In this document: piece after piece, positions 37,401 through 50,959 of the stretch
Layout: each line of letters opens with the position of its first letter
Numbering within the stretch: position 1 is the stretch's first letter
NCBI RefSeq assembly: GCF_964204865.1
Contig: NC_135252.1
Span: 11,160,001 to 11,224,000, forward strand
From: Styela clava
Taxonomy: Eukaryota
Length of the DNA: 64,000 nucleotides
Direction of reading: 5' to 3'
Made by a program: the position numbers and the translations under genes
Notes under the pieces: generated by a model
Told to the model about the DNA's origin: nothing
What the model saw: the letters and a program-made list of their open reading frames with translations, nothing else
The model's database searches: none

Positions 37401-40400
37401 AGAAATGAACGCAATACTCAACCATTAAAACGTCATTATTTCTGTTCATTATCGAATAAAGTAAAGTCAAAAGTGGATTATTTTATCGGATTTTATTATA
37501 TTTTCACAGATTCCACTCATGTTGACGAATACTTATACAGAATTGGTTTGGTCACTGATGAGATAAGAGGTTACATTCCAGAATGGAAAGACTATTGGTA
37601 TGATGGGGTCGATAATACGTACATTTCTGACGGAGGTTTCGATATGTATGACCGAGGAAATTACGTAAGTAAAAAATCAAGCGAATGTATACAAAGTAAC
37701 CTATTCGTACGTAGTGTTTATGATCTCTATTATAGCAAGTTACCATGCAAGTTGTTATATTGAAAAAATCACAATTATTTAGTTTGCAGCCCAATACCCG
37801 AAACATTCTCTCACGTACTGGAATAGCCAATGACTTTCATGTTTAACCAAATTAATCCGTTTTTCATTCATCAATGCGAAGTACATGTGTGTCACATAAA
37901 ATTCTTATATATTGTGAGCACATAGGTATAGGTATTGTAATAAGTGATCAGAATAGTTACTAAGTTTATTTCATTATTTTTTTTATCAGATTTCGTATTC
38001 GTGGATGGAAAATAATCTGGCCGGAATGGAAACCCACATACCATATGGAAAACCTTTTAAGTACGGATGAGTAAATACTAAATGTATATTTATGAGTTTA
38101 AATATTGCGGAATTAAAGTATGTTGATTATTTTCCTGAAACACTCCTTCTGTTTAGCTGGAATAATTTTAGGATTTCAAGGAGCCTTTGTCTATAAATTT
38201 GATCGAAATCAATTTTTATATTGTCATAAAATTTACCATATGGTCGGAATTGTTATAAGTAAATCCTCGGCTATAAATACCAGCTTTAATTTGAATATAA
38301 CAGTTTTATATTATATAATATGTTTTATATCGACAGATATGAATCGTTTGAATTTTCGTCAAAAGCATTTTATCCCTTTGTTACTTTGATGTGGATTGAC
38401 AATAGTAATCAAATTGGATCCGATTATTCAATAACGGTAAGGGGATGAAGCAACTATAATATTTCTAATCGCGTTATGAAAATCGAGGTATTAAATTTTT
38501 TGAAAAATTCAAATAATAATTTATAATTTTTTTCAACGTAGGTCGAAGGGAGAGCGGGCGCAGCTTTCGATTCGGTGGTAAACCAATACACACGTATTTT
38601 GTTCGAAGGAACCTATGACGTCACATATATTGTTTTCCATCTTAATGGAACTTCAGCTCCGTCTATTTGTGAAGTCTATTTCTTGATTACAAACACATTC
38701 GTGAGTATTACCTATAATGTTGTCAAATGCTTGACGATATATATGAGCACACAGTATATTTAAATTCTTTCCGGCACTCTTTGAAAACAAAAACAATACG
38801 CATTTCAATTCCTAACCTGAATAGTTAAATGATCATGAGTCCTATAATTTTCCACAATTTTAGATGTTCGCTCTCAGTTCAATTAATCACTAACTTGTTA
38901 TCTTGTAATGCCTCTATTTTGTTGAACAACAAAATAATCGCACGAAAGAAATATTTGCATTTGTGAAGTACTGACATGCACTGCACCTTCGCACTGTCAA
39001 CTCTTTCACCAATATTGTTAATCAGCGAATTACATATGCCATACTTGTGTTTTGATCTTTAAAACATTTTAAAGATTTTATAAAAAACTTAACTTCGTAT
39101 ATCACTTTTGCCTTACTAAATTATAATGTTATCGCTACACGCTGATCGCAATTTCGAATTTGTATGAAGTAACTTGTGGATAATTAAATCTGGCCCACAG
39201 AATAGTTGTTTTAATATTCTTTGCTGAATTTGGGTTGATGTTGGAAAGAATGTTTTTCTTTAATATTCGTTGATTAACAAATGTATTTTCAAAGCAAATA
39301 CCTATTTGTTTACAGCATTGGAATTCTGTAGCACCATCCTCTTTTCATATTCATGCAGACGGTGCTTCTACTGGTATGCTGGAAAATACAGTTCACATGG
39401 GAGGTAGTCCAAGTAACGTCATGCTTGGTTATACTTTGCTGTCGAAGTGAGTTGATATACTTTTGTCAGTATAGTTACAGCTGTTAACAATGGCAAACAT
39501 TTAACCAAGGTAAAAACATTACCACAATTAGCTATACAAGCCCAATATACTACAACTTTGGGGTGTATATTTCACACACCTGGTGTATAAAGAGACGTTC
39601 ATGGTATGATTTATGGCAGAATTATAACACATGAAAACATATTATCAAGCACGCACAAACAAAGTATTAACCACTAAATCAACTGGCATTCTTCCTTTAT
39701 CATAATATTATGGTGGTAATCAATTGAACTTTGCTTCCGATAAGGGGCAAAATAAACACATTTGCGGTATTAATCTTTATTCGCACGAAAAAAGGTTACT
39801 ACTGGCTTGAAATAGTTAACTTTAGAAAAGCACTAGTATGAACTAGAAAAATGATATGAAGTACTAATATTACTATTATTACTAATATGACAAACCAAGG
39901 AAGGGGTCTAATCTTCTACACCTGTCCAGATTGTGTGAATAAATAATCAGTTGAATGTTCCATATAGCCGTGCAAGAACCATTCGTACTCTTCTACTTAC
40001 CGCAAATTGTTAGCCTGTGATTAGCAATACAAATCAAACATGAATTCCCTGATCAGGGTAAGTATAATCCCTGTTGTAAGCGTGGCTGTTTGAAATTTAT
40101 TTTAAAATTCACTAGAGCAAATGGTGCTGAAGTTACCTATCTTGATGTTGAAAGAGTCTTGGAAAAGTACGTCGATATAATTGCTGAAAGGGACCGTAAG
40201 TCACATTTTTACAAGTGTAAATTGATTATATTAAGTATTTCACAATTCGAATTCATTCAAATAGCGATGGGTTTATTCCATTCACCGATCATGTAAAATC
40301 GCTTTGATCGCACATGTTTCTTGCTAGACAGCAACACGAAGCTTTAGTTACAATCTGTACAACATGAAAAGTTTCTTTATTTCACGAGTTTTGTAATAAT

Positions 40401-43400
40401 TGGCAAGCATGCTTATGTTGCAATACAAACATGGGGTACCAACAGGGAATGATTTCTTCAGTGTACTTAATGTGATATGTATACAGATTATTGATATGTG
40501 CGTCATAGGGATGGGTGGATGACCTTCTTGATAAGTTGATATATTTAAAATGCATTGTCATCGCATTATTACTTCAAATGATTTATAAAGCAAACTTTAA
40601 ATCGAAGTGGAATTTTTATGGCCAAATAAAAGCCCTTTGACTGGAGGGTTTCACTTTGTCATGTTTCAGTTATTTTTCAAATACTTTGGCCGTTGGGGTA
40701 GAACATTAAATTTCATTATCCAACAAATAAATCTCGGTTAAACGCGTTGCTATAACTCAGGGGTCGGGAACCCATGGCTCGCGAGCCATATATGGCTCTT
40801 TTGGTGACGGCATATGGCTCTCAGAACAATCTAATATCCCAAGACTAAGCTTACTATTGTTACGAGATCCCAAACTCTTTTATAGCCAAATTTGGCAGGA
40901 AATTCCCAATACGTTTGAGAACGCGCGTCCAGCACATGTCTATGTTTTGTAAGATAATTACCAGATAGGCATTGTGACAAACAAGGGGATTCTGGAACAT
41001 ATATTGTGACATCACAGAGCGATAGAGTTTTAAAAACACTACGGAGATGCCTAAACGAAAAAGGGTGATGAGTATCGTAGATTTCAACTTGGGCTGCATG
41101 TGAGCAACCGTTCAAGGCCCGCAGCGACTACATGCAGCATCAGAAATCACATTAAATGTATATTACCATTGTATGTGTTGACTTTTAAGTGAACATTTCA
41201 GGCCTGATTAAGTGAAGAAATGTTATATGGCTCGCACGGAAATGCAATTGAAAATATGTATATTTGATGGCTCTCTTGACCAAAAAGGTTCCCGACCCCT
41301 GCTATAACTGTTTCATGTAGATTAAAATGACAATACTGCGAAGTTGTATATAAAATAAGCATAAAATATTATTATCTCTGTTTACAATATTGGATCACTG
41401 TTCATTTGTCCGCTAGAACATTTATAATACTAGAATCACGTATTGAAACCGCATTATTAGCCCATGACGAAGGAACGAAGCGTGCCGTGTTTACGTAAAG
41501 ATTTGGTGGCGTCACAAGATGTCACTATGGATGAGTTAAAATTCAGTCGTTTGATGAAGTTTCAGTAGCAAAAATTTATCTTCTTAAAAATTATCTTTCA
41601 TCATTGGTGAATTCGAGTGCTAGATTTTATCTGGATCAGGGTTAACAGAATCTCCTTGGACATTTTATTGCATGGCGATTACATAAATATAACAAGGTTT
41701 ATTATTCTCAGACAATGATTGGGCGAATTAGTTTTTTTTTGTCACATGCAACTACTGTGTTCAAATATACCGTTCTTTTTTGGCACAGAACACACTAGTT
41801 TTACACGTTGTAGTGTAGAGTGAGTGGATCGGTTTTAAACGGAATAAGAAGGACTCGAACTTACTTACTGTTTAACTAAACAATATTCAAGTTGAAATAA
41901 TTTAGTACTGAATTTGCAGAATTCGGTATTCGAACGACATCTGACGACGGGTATTACGTTTCAACATCTGGCGGAAATGCCACCGTACAAGCAACAGTCA
42001 CCACAAGTGGGAAATGGAACGGAATAAACGTTGAAGTTACTCTACCATCGGGCCAAATAAAACCGGTCACAGATTATACACTAGATCCAATTCACACAAA
42101 GAGAATTTACGAGTATCACATAATTGGAGCTAGATCTTCAGATATTGGAGATTATTCGTTTGCTGTCACAGACAAGTATGATGAATTAGAGACAACAGCT
42201 GGTTATTTGCACGGTTAGTCTCATATTTTAGTTCTAGAAAATTTGACTATATTGATCGAAAAAATTAATTGTGTGATATCCAATATATATAATTCCACAG
42301 AATATTATTTGTTTATAATTCAAGCAAGATTGGGCGTTAGTCTCGAGACGCTAATGTCTAACTGTTCTAACACGATTAACTTCCGCAGCAACCGAAAAGA
42401 ATTTGACCTTCGATGCATTTTTATATTTTTTGAAATATTAATTAATTGTAACGATGCAGTTTAATAAATTTGCCCACAAGTCTGCATTATTATTTAGTTA
42501 TGAATTCGTGTGTTCGTTTATATATAAAAGCAATGATCACTTAGAAATAATCCGGCATTTACTTAGACATCTGCCACCGTATTAAAAATAGTTATATATA
42601 CCAAACGCTATACCACGGTGCTTGAAATACATATATTGAAAATTTGTAATAACGAAACAAATTGATGATAGTATACATCTGTACTGCTATTCTGTAACAA
42701 TGGTATATATAATAAGTATTAATACTTTGAGCCAAATCATATAAAAACAAGTTCAATCTCCCTCCAACAATATATTTTCGTCAGATGCATAGAAAGCATC
42801 GGGCTCTGTGTTTTGGATCATCATATGTCCATCTGTTTATTATACTACTTTATCCAGTATTTACCACGGAGATTCTACCCACTTCGAAGTCTGAATATGT
42901 AGGTGATTCTGGCGACACAGTGACAATGGAGATATTTGTCCGCACCGAAAACACAAATCTTGGCATGTTGAACGTCGAAATCGAAACACCAAATCTTGGC
43001 GCCGTTCCAGTGACGGACCGGACAACAGATTCGACCAACATTATTACGTACCGATACAAAGTGGTAAACCCAACCCATGAACAAGATAATGGTCTTTATA
43101 GATTTCATGTTGTGGAGAACTTCGAGACATATACTGATGAAAGCACATGGGATGTAACGTTAGATGGTATGTGTCATTAGAGTAAAATTTTATGACATGA
43201 ATGTAACACAGAACTAAGCACATAAGACGAATTTATTACAGTATGCATATATATTATTATACATAATAAATTATAACAACAAGATGCGTATTACAAATAA
43301 ATGTAAATCGGGAGATTATTTTTCTTTATGTCTCAGTTTTCTCTGTATCATCGTCAATTGAAACACCAAGCTACACCACAAATATGGGAGCTGAGACCTT

Positions 43401-44306
43401 GCAAATATCTGGATTGATTTCAACTTTGGGAAACTGGGAATTTGTAGACGTGACTATACGTACACCAGCACGTGGAACGCCAGAAGTGGCTGCTTATGAA
43501 TCGACTGAAAATCCCGCTACTAGAATTTACATTTACACTATGAGAGAAGTTACGTCTAGAGATTCGGGAGCGTATCAGTTTGTTGCCACCGAAACTATCA
43601 ACAATGAACAGCGAGTAACTGAATCGGAATCCATAGAAGTCATAGTAAAAGGTATATGATGATTCACTATCAAGTTTGAATGCAACAAACCTCATGGAGT
43701 CAATAATAATCTTTGTATCTTGACATCAAATTTGTAATGTAAATGGTCAAAATAGTTTTAGCTACTTTCTTTCATTATACTACGACTTTATTTCAGAGGA
43801 AAAATTATCTGGTGGAGAGATAGCGGGAATTGTTATTGGATCCATTGCAGGAGCAACAATTTTAATAGGATTACTTGTTTACTGGTAAGATTTACACTTA
43901 CATAAATTATTGGTGGTTCCTAATAAAGTTTGTTGTCGTACTAATGGTTTTAACAACTGTTTTCTTGTTTACTAGAAAACTTTGCTATCACGAACAGTAA
44001 AGCAGTAGCAAATAAAAAATATTTCTAAATCGAAATCTGGACATCGGCTATGCTAAATCGGAATTCAGCCATATTTTATTTTATCAAAGAAATAATTTGT
44101 AATAATTAAAGCCCGTTTGTGGATTATTCTAAACCACTATTTTTGTTTGCATGATATGCAGCTGCAGGAGGGGTAATTCCAAAAGTGAAAAGTCATCAGT
44201 TCCACTCAACGACGACGTAACAGCTCCGGTAAAAGAGAAGTCACCTGAAAACACAGAGAAGAGTGTTGAGAAGAAAGAAAAAGATGATGATGTAACTGCT
44301 CTTTAG
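28439..44306 (+). CDS. Large type-I membrane protein (~1359 aa, 23 exons): signal - [Ig-like, Ig-like, unknown ~230-aa domain, Ig-like] x2 - Ig-like x2 - TM - short tail ending VTAL
   Basis: Exons 28439-28514, 30213-30500, 30727-31035, 31386-31540, 32452-32510, 33152-33251, 33493-33654, 33818-33948, 34064-34143, 34629-34913, 35283-35570, 35896-36195, 37510-37664, 37990-38060, 38337-38436, 38542-38700, 39316-39446, 40116-40195, 41920-42213, 42858-43166, 43337-43651, 43797-43884 (TM IAGIVIGSIAGATILIGLLVY), 44162-44306. All GT-AG with matching phases; 4080 nt with no internal stop. AATAAA at 44746. Confidence 0.88.
29451..29560. mobile_element. 110-bp palindromic MITE (same family as 15814-15923)
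   Basis: Near-identical to 15814-15923; exact 8-bp TSD AGAATGCG at 29443-29450 and 29561-29568. Confidence 0.88.
32835..33036. mobile_element. Longer, diverged relative of the 110-bp MITE family
   Basis: AGTGTGTGTACCA ... AACCTGGTACACACACT inverted arms and the shared AACCTGGTACAC core. Confidence 0.5.
34212..34445. repeat. Foldback repeat; right arm shared with 5010-5208
   Basis: TGTAGCAAGAGTAAAAATAACTA..GTGATTCA..TTGCTGCACACTAACAC is the reverse complement of GTGTTAGTGTGCAACAA..TGAATCAC..TAGTTATCTTTACTCTCGCTACA. Confidence 0.7.
40758..41301. mobile_element. hAT-type MITE, probably a recent insertion
   Basis: Perfect 15-bp TIRs CAGGGGTCGGGAACC / GGTTCCCGACCCCTG; perfect 8-bp TSD CTATAACT; subterminal ATGGCTC repeats. 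Confidence 0.92.
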
Positions 44307-47059
44307 TCGGTTATACCAAATGAAACACTTGTTGGTGAAAAAAACATGTTTATTGATAAAAAAGGTGATAAAATATGCATTGTTTTATGGACTCATATCT
44401 CGCCTTGTTCAGGATTTTAGTTATTGTGGAAAGTCAATATTTCTGTGGTTATTTTGTTTTTCAATTTGTTATCACTTAACACTAAATTATACGATTTAAT
44501 ATTAATTTCAATAGCAATAAATTTTACGCTTCTTGTCCTCTTCGTCGACTCTATGGTTCAATTCTCGAATATAAACGGGAACTGGGAAAGTCAAGCAACA
44601 GCGAGAGAGAAATAGCACAATTTGCGTATTATCGTTTATTATCGTGGTGAGTTATTAATTTGTTATTGTGTGTGAACGCTCAGCAATCTGTCTGAGTGAT
44701 GTATTCTATGTTTTCGGTGGTTCTCATGTTGAGAGAACTACTTACAATAAAAAAGTTGCATACAGTTACTTATCTCTCATTAACTTCCAAGTATTCGAGA
44801 TTTGATTCAAAAAAAAAATATTCGGTTCTGAAATCATCAGGTATTCGAAAACGCCTAGCCTTATTTATTGCCTAGTTTCATTTCATAGGCAGGTTATAAG
44901 TATAGCTCCCGTTTAACTTATACTAATATTTACAAATTTTTCGTTGGAAAATTTTAAAAAACAGGGTAGGAGTCGAAGTACTAACCGGGAAGAGTATTGT
45001 GTATACAAGTATGCAAGATTTAGTTTTCTATGTATAACTAAATATTGTACTTTTCTAGTTTGATTTGTCGCATACTACCCTTTGTTTTGAGGGATGAAAC
45101 ACTACGTTATTTTATAAAAATGTCACAATCCAATCTTTTTTTGATTTAATGTTTATTTATTCGACTTTGGTATTTACTTTGAGTTGTATGGGTTATTTGA
45201 TTGTTTTAGAATATGATAGAAATTGACGGTTTTCTTCACATCCGAACCTAGTACCGCTGTAGTGAATGATGAAGAGTATTTCGATGCTCTTTTTAACAAA
45301 ATTTCAAAAATGGAAAATTTTATCCAACTTGAACTTAACTTGAATATTGAACTTATGCAGGAAAACTCATCTAAACAAATCTTCAAGTAAATGTTAGGAT
45401 AATGTACCGATTGTGGTTCTGTTGCCATGGTCCATAGATAGCGAAATAATTTTTATGTTTATCTCAGTACCACACTGTCACTCGCAACTTATTATATATA
45501 TATATGTCGTTTCGTTCGATGTCGAAATGGATCAGAAGTAAGTATCACAAAGATTAAAAAATTCAATGATATATCAACAACCATATCTACCAACGACATA
45601 TATTCCACGCTGTTTTGGAAATAGACGTTAGAGCTTGTTATCTATAGATTGCGGCTTGTTATTTTGTTCAAATGTTTAATTTTGGTAATAAAACTGATAT
45701 TGTTCAATTATAATTAAATTTGGATCGAGCATCAATATGAGTGGTTAATATAGTGATGGTATCAAGTCTAATAGACCGTTACTATATATATAGAAATTGT
45801 TAAAAAAAATACCAGGTAGGTCTGAGTCGCTAAATGATAAACCTTAACTAAACGAAGTACGAATAAGCAGATAACTTCAACTACTTCAACATTTATGTTA
45901 TAGAAATTTGTTGCTCAATATTTACAAAGCACTTCTGAATAGTTTGGCAATTATACCTCCTATATCCGTGCCAAGGACGGGACGATAATCCTTTCAATGT
46001 AAACATATCCACGTAAAGTCAAAAGTTTACTTGCAGACTTTGAAGTGGGTAGGAAGTCCATGTGGAGAAACGTTTATTTTCGATCTAATTATATCTTGGG
46101 ATAAACACGTTTGAGTCGAATTAATATCACGAATATGATAAATTTATCACAAACTTGAGCGTTACTAGAGGCGTGGCATTTCAAAAATAAAATACCAAGT
46201 TACAGACATGCACGAGCAAGTGTCAAATACGTACTAAATACGTGAAATGAAGCAGTTATTTCATGAATTCAAACAATACATCCGTGCCATCCGTACCATT
46301 CCAATAATGCAGCGCTCGGGCAATGGCGATTTGAAAAATCTTAATAAGTAAATATTTTACCTCCTATCACTAATGAATTGTTTATCATCAAACTTGTATA
46401 GGATTGTACCCATATTTTAACAAGTTAGCACTAGACCACTCGCAATTAAATGCGATGTCCACGCCGTGTCTAATAAATGGTATACTCATGTTATTATCTT
46501 ATTATGGCATTATACTATTGAACTTTCGTCCTCACAAAGAAGCAAAATCATCACAAAAATCTATATTATATTATTAATAATATTATTTAATCTATAAATT
46601 AGCGTTGGTATTATATAAGTACAATTACTCGCAACCTTAAATGAACCCAAACATGAAAACAAACAAATAAGGTTTGAGAACGTGATCTGACACACATTTA
46701 ACCAACTAGTCGTTAACCAAACCTGCGTTAAAAATATATAGGAAATATACATAATAAAAGTTTTCAGTGAAATTCTATTAAATGCTTGCAGCAACGAAAC
46801 AAAAATAAAATTATGTCAGTAATCTACAATTTTAAAATTTTTAGTTTGCACACCTAAAAACGCATATTAAAGTTTAGATCTCTCTGATTGAATATTATGT
46901 TCTGTATTTAAATTACTTGAAATTAGGATTAAAGGGATGTTTTTGTAATAGGCAGGTTACGGGAATATTGCTACTGCCAACATTGTTATGCCCACTTTGT
47001 CATTTTTAACAACGGTAGCCTTATTCTTTATTTCTGTAATGGTCGAGTATAAGGAACAT

Positions 47060-48151
47060 TCAAGAGTTTTTCACTAAAGTAGGCATATTTATAATAGTAG
47101 TAATTTTTATATGTGTTTCAGCTATAGTTTGTATATTCTCTCCTCTTTCAACGTTACTTATCGTGCTTTGGTTTCTGTAGTGCCATGGAAAAATTGTTCT
47201 TTTCCATTCCGGAAAAGATAATATTACCATGATCAAGTTAACAAATAAACTCAGTTGCATGAACAGAGGCAAAGTTATTCCGTCATTCAACACGGACGAT
47301 GCTGCCATTGAGCTTCCAATGACATCAGTAACTGCACACCCAGTGGATGTCAATAATGCTCTTTTTATAACTGGATTAAGATCTCTGTTAAGATTTCGAT
47401 TTGGTGTAGCTTTGTTATTCTCAATCATAGCACCCTTTTTCATTGTTGTGTAATGTTTGTACAACGGAAGTACAAAAAGACTGAGCAGAATCCCTTGCAT
47501 GAGTAAAGATATAGTACCGTTCATGATCCACACCACATGTGCTGGAAACGTGGAATGTATAATCGCACACCCTGAATCGACGACGCCAAAGGAATATGCC
47601 GTTACATATATTAAGTATGTCGATAACGGAGAAACGACAACTAGTACAGCAACAGCTATGCTCAAGATTCTTGTACACGGATTGGTTAAATGTTGTAATG
47701 CTGGGTTGGCGTAAATTGACCTTTGACGAAACCACATTGCTGCATAGGCGAATGTCGAAGAAAAGCTTCCACCCGTTCCTCTCATAACTCTAATTTGTCG
47801 ACATATACTAGGAACGTATATATCCACTAAAATCTTCTCTATTATCGGGCAGTTGATCATAACGCATATAGTTAACATGAATCTTGCAGCTTTCATACAC
47901 GTTCCTAACTTTTTTGCAGTTTTCTCTCTGCATTCAGTTTTGATCGTAGTTCCAGTACATAAATCAATTAAAAGAACAATCAAAATATAGCAACTCAAAA
48001 TCAATGTTGTTCCCGAAACTATGACGATCTTTAGCCAATTTTCCCACAACTGATTCGTTTTCCATATATTTCTTGTCGTAAAATATTCACCGGTGGCGCC
48101 AACTGTAGAATTTTGTACAGCACATGGTGTTGTCGTGTTGTAGTCTTCCAT
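47060..48151 (-). CDS. Intronless 7TM (GPCR-like) orphan receptor, 363 aa
   Basis: About seven hydrophobic segments, N-terminal N-glycosylation sites (NTT, NST), Cys at the top of TM3 (PSIC) and in ECL2 (DSGC). Clear paralog of 55370-56398. Confidence 0.88.
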   Translation of the reverse strand: MEDYNTTTPCAVQNSTVGATGEYFTTRNIWKTNQLWENWLKIVIVSGTTLILSCYILIVLLIDLCTGTTIKTECREKTAKKLGTCMKAARFMLTICVMINCPIIEKILVDIYVPSICRQIRVMRGTGGSFSSTFAYAAMWFRQRSIYANPALQHLTNPCTRILSIAVAVLVVVSPLSTYLIYVTAYSFGVVDSGCAIIHSTFPAHVVWIMNGTISLLMQGILLSLFVLPLYKHYTTMKKGAMIENNKATPNRNLNRDLNPVIKRALLTSTGCAVTDVIGSSMAASSVLNDGITLPLFMQLSLFVNLIMVILSFPEWKRTIFPWHYRNQSTISNVERGENIQTIAETHIKITTIINMPTLVKNS

Positions 48152-48739
48152 TTTTTGATAAAAATAGTATATAGCCTGAAATTATCTACTCGAGAATACC
48201 ACAAATGCAGGCGTAACATTGATAGTTATATAATGCTGCCGTTCGCAAATTTATAATCTTGTTTAAATTGTTATTTTTTCGTCATTTTGCAATTAAATAT
48301 AAGTCATAAGGTTTAGTATTTAGATGTTATCGAGGACTATTCGAAATAATTGTGAAATATAAATGAGTCAATTTCGCGATAATTTATAACGTTATCAGCA
48401 GTTATTGCACGCAACCTTACGTTTATTCAATCTATTTCCATTCCGGCTTTTTGCTCATGTTTGCCGTAGACATAAACTGTAGTAGCCATAGTAGAAGCCC
48501 AATACGAAAGAAAAATAAATGGCAAAGCAATTTTGAGTACTTAACATCAATGAGCATGCGATCTACAAACTACCTCAGTGGGGCAATTTTGTTCTACTAC
48601 AATCACAATTAAACCATAACGTTCGTTCGCGTTATATAAATCTAAATGCTTGGTGAAACGTCAGCGCGTAAGTTAATAACCAGTTTTGAAAAAAATTGTG
48701 TTTAAATATACAGTGACATAGCAAAATTGTGTGCAAACG

Positions 48740-50580
48740 AAATTGTTCTCTAGGGTCATACAAAATATTCCTATATTTTCTAAACAAAAAAATGATAATG
48801 ATATACCCATTGTTTTTACAAGTCCACTAATGCTTTAAATATGGCAAATCAAACACATAAGGATTCGGATTATTCGCATTCATTCTTTTCCTCGATGTGG
48901 ATAATCAGTGCCTCAACATTGGGCCATTATGAAGTAATCATCACAATCTTTAACAGTCAAACTATTGTTTCTGTATATTCACAAAATGTGTTTCATATTT
49001 TAACTTTATACAGATACATACACAATTTGATTTGACGTATATAAAACCTCTCTGTTAGAATAGAAGAAATTTCCATTATAATTCAAATTAATTCAATAAT
49101 AATAAAAATATTCAGGTTTTCATTTTTTTCTTGTTTAAACACTTAACACAATGGCACATTTAATTATTTTAATAACCACGTTATTGTATATTTTTGATTT
49201 CCCTGAACCGCACTCAAGATTATGAGTCACATATTTTAAACCGCATAATAAGCTTACTTGAAATATGACTCTACATATTCTACATCTGGTAAATTGAATA
49301 AAATTCATTGTAGAGTAGATACAATACAAATATTTCACCTATGCCTGAATAAAATATTCCGTGCTTTCAACGTTCTATTTTTTGTTTAATATATAAACAG
49401 GATCATGTATTTCTGGAAAATGAACTGACCAAAGCAACCAAGTCTGCGCAAACTTTTTTATTCACTTACAACTGCTTCAAGCTTTTTATCAAAATACATA
49501 ACTTAGCCTAAAACTGTATATTACATTACAATGTACATACCGGCACGACGAACTATGTATAATAAAGCACAGACTCACAGCAAAAGTTTAAACAAGAATA
49601 ATTGCCGCCTCATTGCCTAAAACGCCTGTAGACAGTTGAGTTCTTGAGAATTAAAAGAATGCCAACAACAATGACGTCACCACAATCAAAATTACCGTTT
49701 TCGAATGAAACTGCTTTTTTTCCCTCTCTTCGAATTCTCTGAACTAATATCCGAGAAAATACTGAAATAAACGACGGAATCATATATTTCAATATTTTGT
49801 ATTCTGTGTCATAGTTCGCAGAGATACTATTATCATTCAAATAGATTTTATAATCGTTATTTCTTACAAGAAAATACAGATCGCAAAATTTTACAAAAGG
49901 AAAAAGTTTATTGAAAATAATTTGACATACGTTACCCCTATATTTTAAAACGTCTTATTGAAATCGACTTCGATTTCTGCATATTTGGACATTGCTAAGA
50001 TTGTGTGTTTATGTTTGGGCATTGATACATTTTTTCAAAGCTGAAAAGTATTGAAAACAAGCCATGGTGGTACCTGTAGATGCAATTCTGAAGTCATTGA
50101 ACTGTCTGCGCCTTGAATTATGCAAGAGAATTTTATATGCCCATACTGAATAAATGAATATTAGAATGAAAAAAAAAGAAGAAAAAAAAACGGGAAATAA
50201 TTTCTAAAAATAAGTTCGGGGACTAGCCAAGTGACTCCCGTAGTATTTGTACGTGAAATTACGGCCTAACCCTAACCTGATACACATAGGCTACTACGTT
50301 CCGGTATCCGCCATCTTGTTGCACATACTACGGGAGTACCCAATTTACAACGATCCAGCAATGAGACATCTTACCACAAAGACGTAAAAGTATAGTAAAA
50401 GCATAATATATTATTTGATGATTCTGACAGTAAATGGAGGTATACCTTTTGTATAGGTTTTATTGTATCGATTCACGGCGAAAATTCCAGAAAACAAAAA
50501 TCAAAAGCTTTTTAAAATAAAGTAGTTTTTGTGATGTGTACGGTACACAACTCCGCAAAATTAAACAATTGGTAAACTTT
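48740..50580. repeat. Diverged direct segmental duplicate of ~53660-55220 (non-coding)
   Basis: Collinear blocks such as AATGACGTCAC..AAAATTACCGTTTTCGAA, GCACTCAAGATTATGA and ATTCAAATAGATTTTATAATCG..AAGAAAATACAGATCGC occur in both. Confidence 0.8.
50231..50340. mobile_element. Diverged member of the 110-bp MITE family
   Basis: ACTCCCGTAGTAT / ATACTACGGGAGT arms with an AACCCTAACCTG core. Confidence 0.7.
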
Positions 50581-50849
50581 AGCGCAAGGTATTATGAGGT
50601 AAATTGATTATTGTTATAAACAAACTAGTAACTATCGGGTTTATGCGAATAAAATGTTTTTTGGCATTAATTCCAACAAAACGTATTTTTATGCGAAATA
50701 AATTCACCGATCATAGTAGTCCGGCAGAATCGGGCCTTAACATTGTTTTGGGACATAAAGTTTTTTTTATTGTTTAGATATAATGTCGATGACATAAATA
50801 ATGATACCCAGGTGGGTGTGGAGTATATAATGTTGAGCAATTTTTTTCA

Positions 50850-50959
50850 AATGGATTTCAAGTATACGTACCAAGATGACGCACAACCTGAATCCTAACC
50901 TGGTACACATGCAATGTTCAGGTTGTGCGCCATCTTGGTACGAATACTTCGGGAGCACC
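50850..50959. mobile_element. Member of the 110-bp MITE family
   Basis: GTACCAAGATGACGCACAACCTGAA..TTCAGGTTGTGCGCCATCTTGGTAC. Confidence 0.78.
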
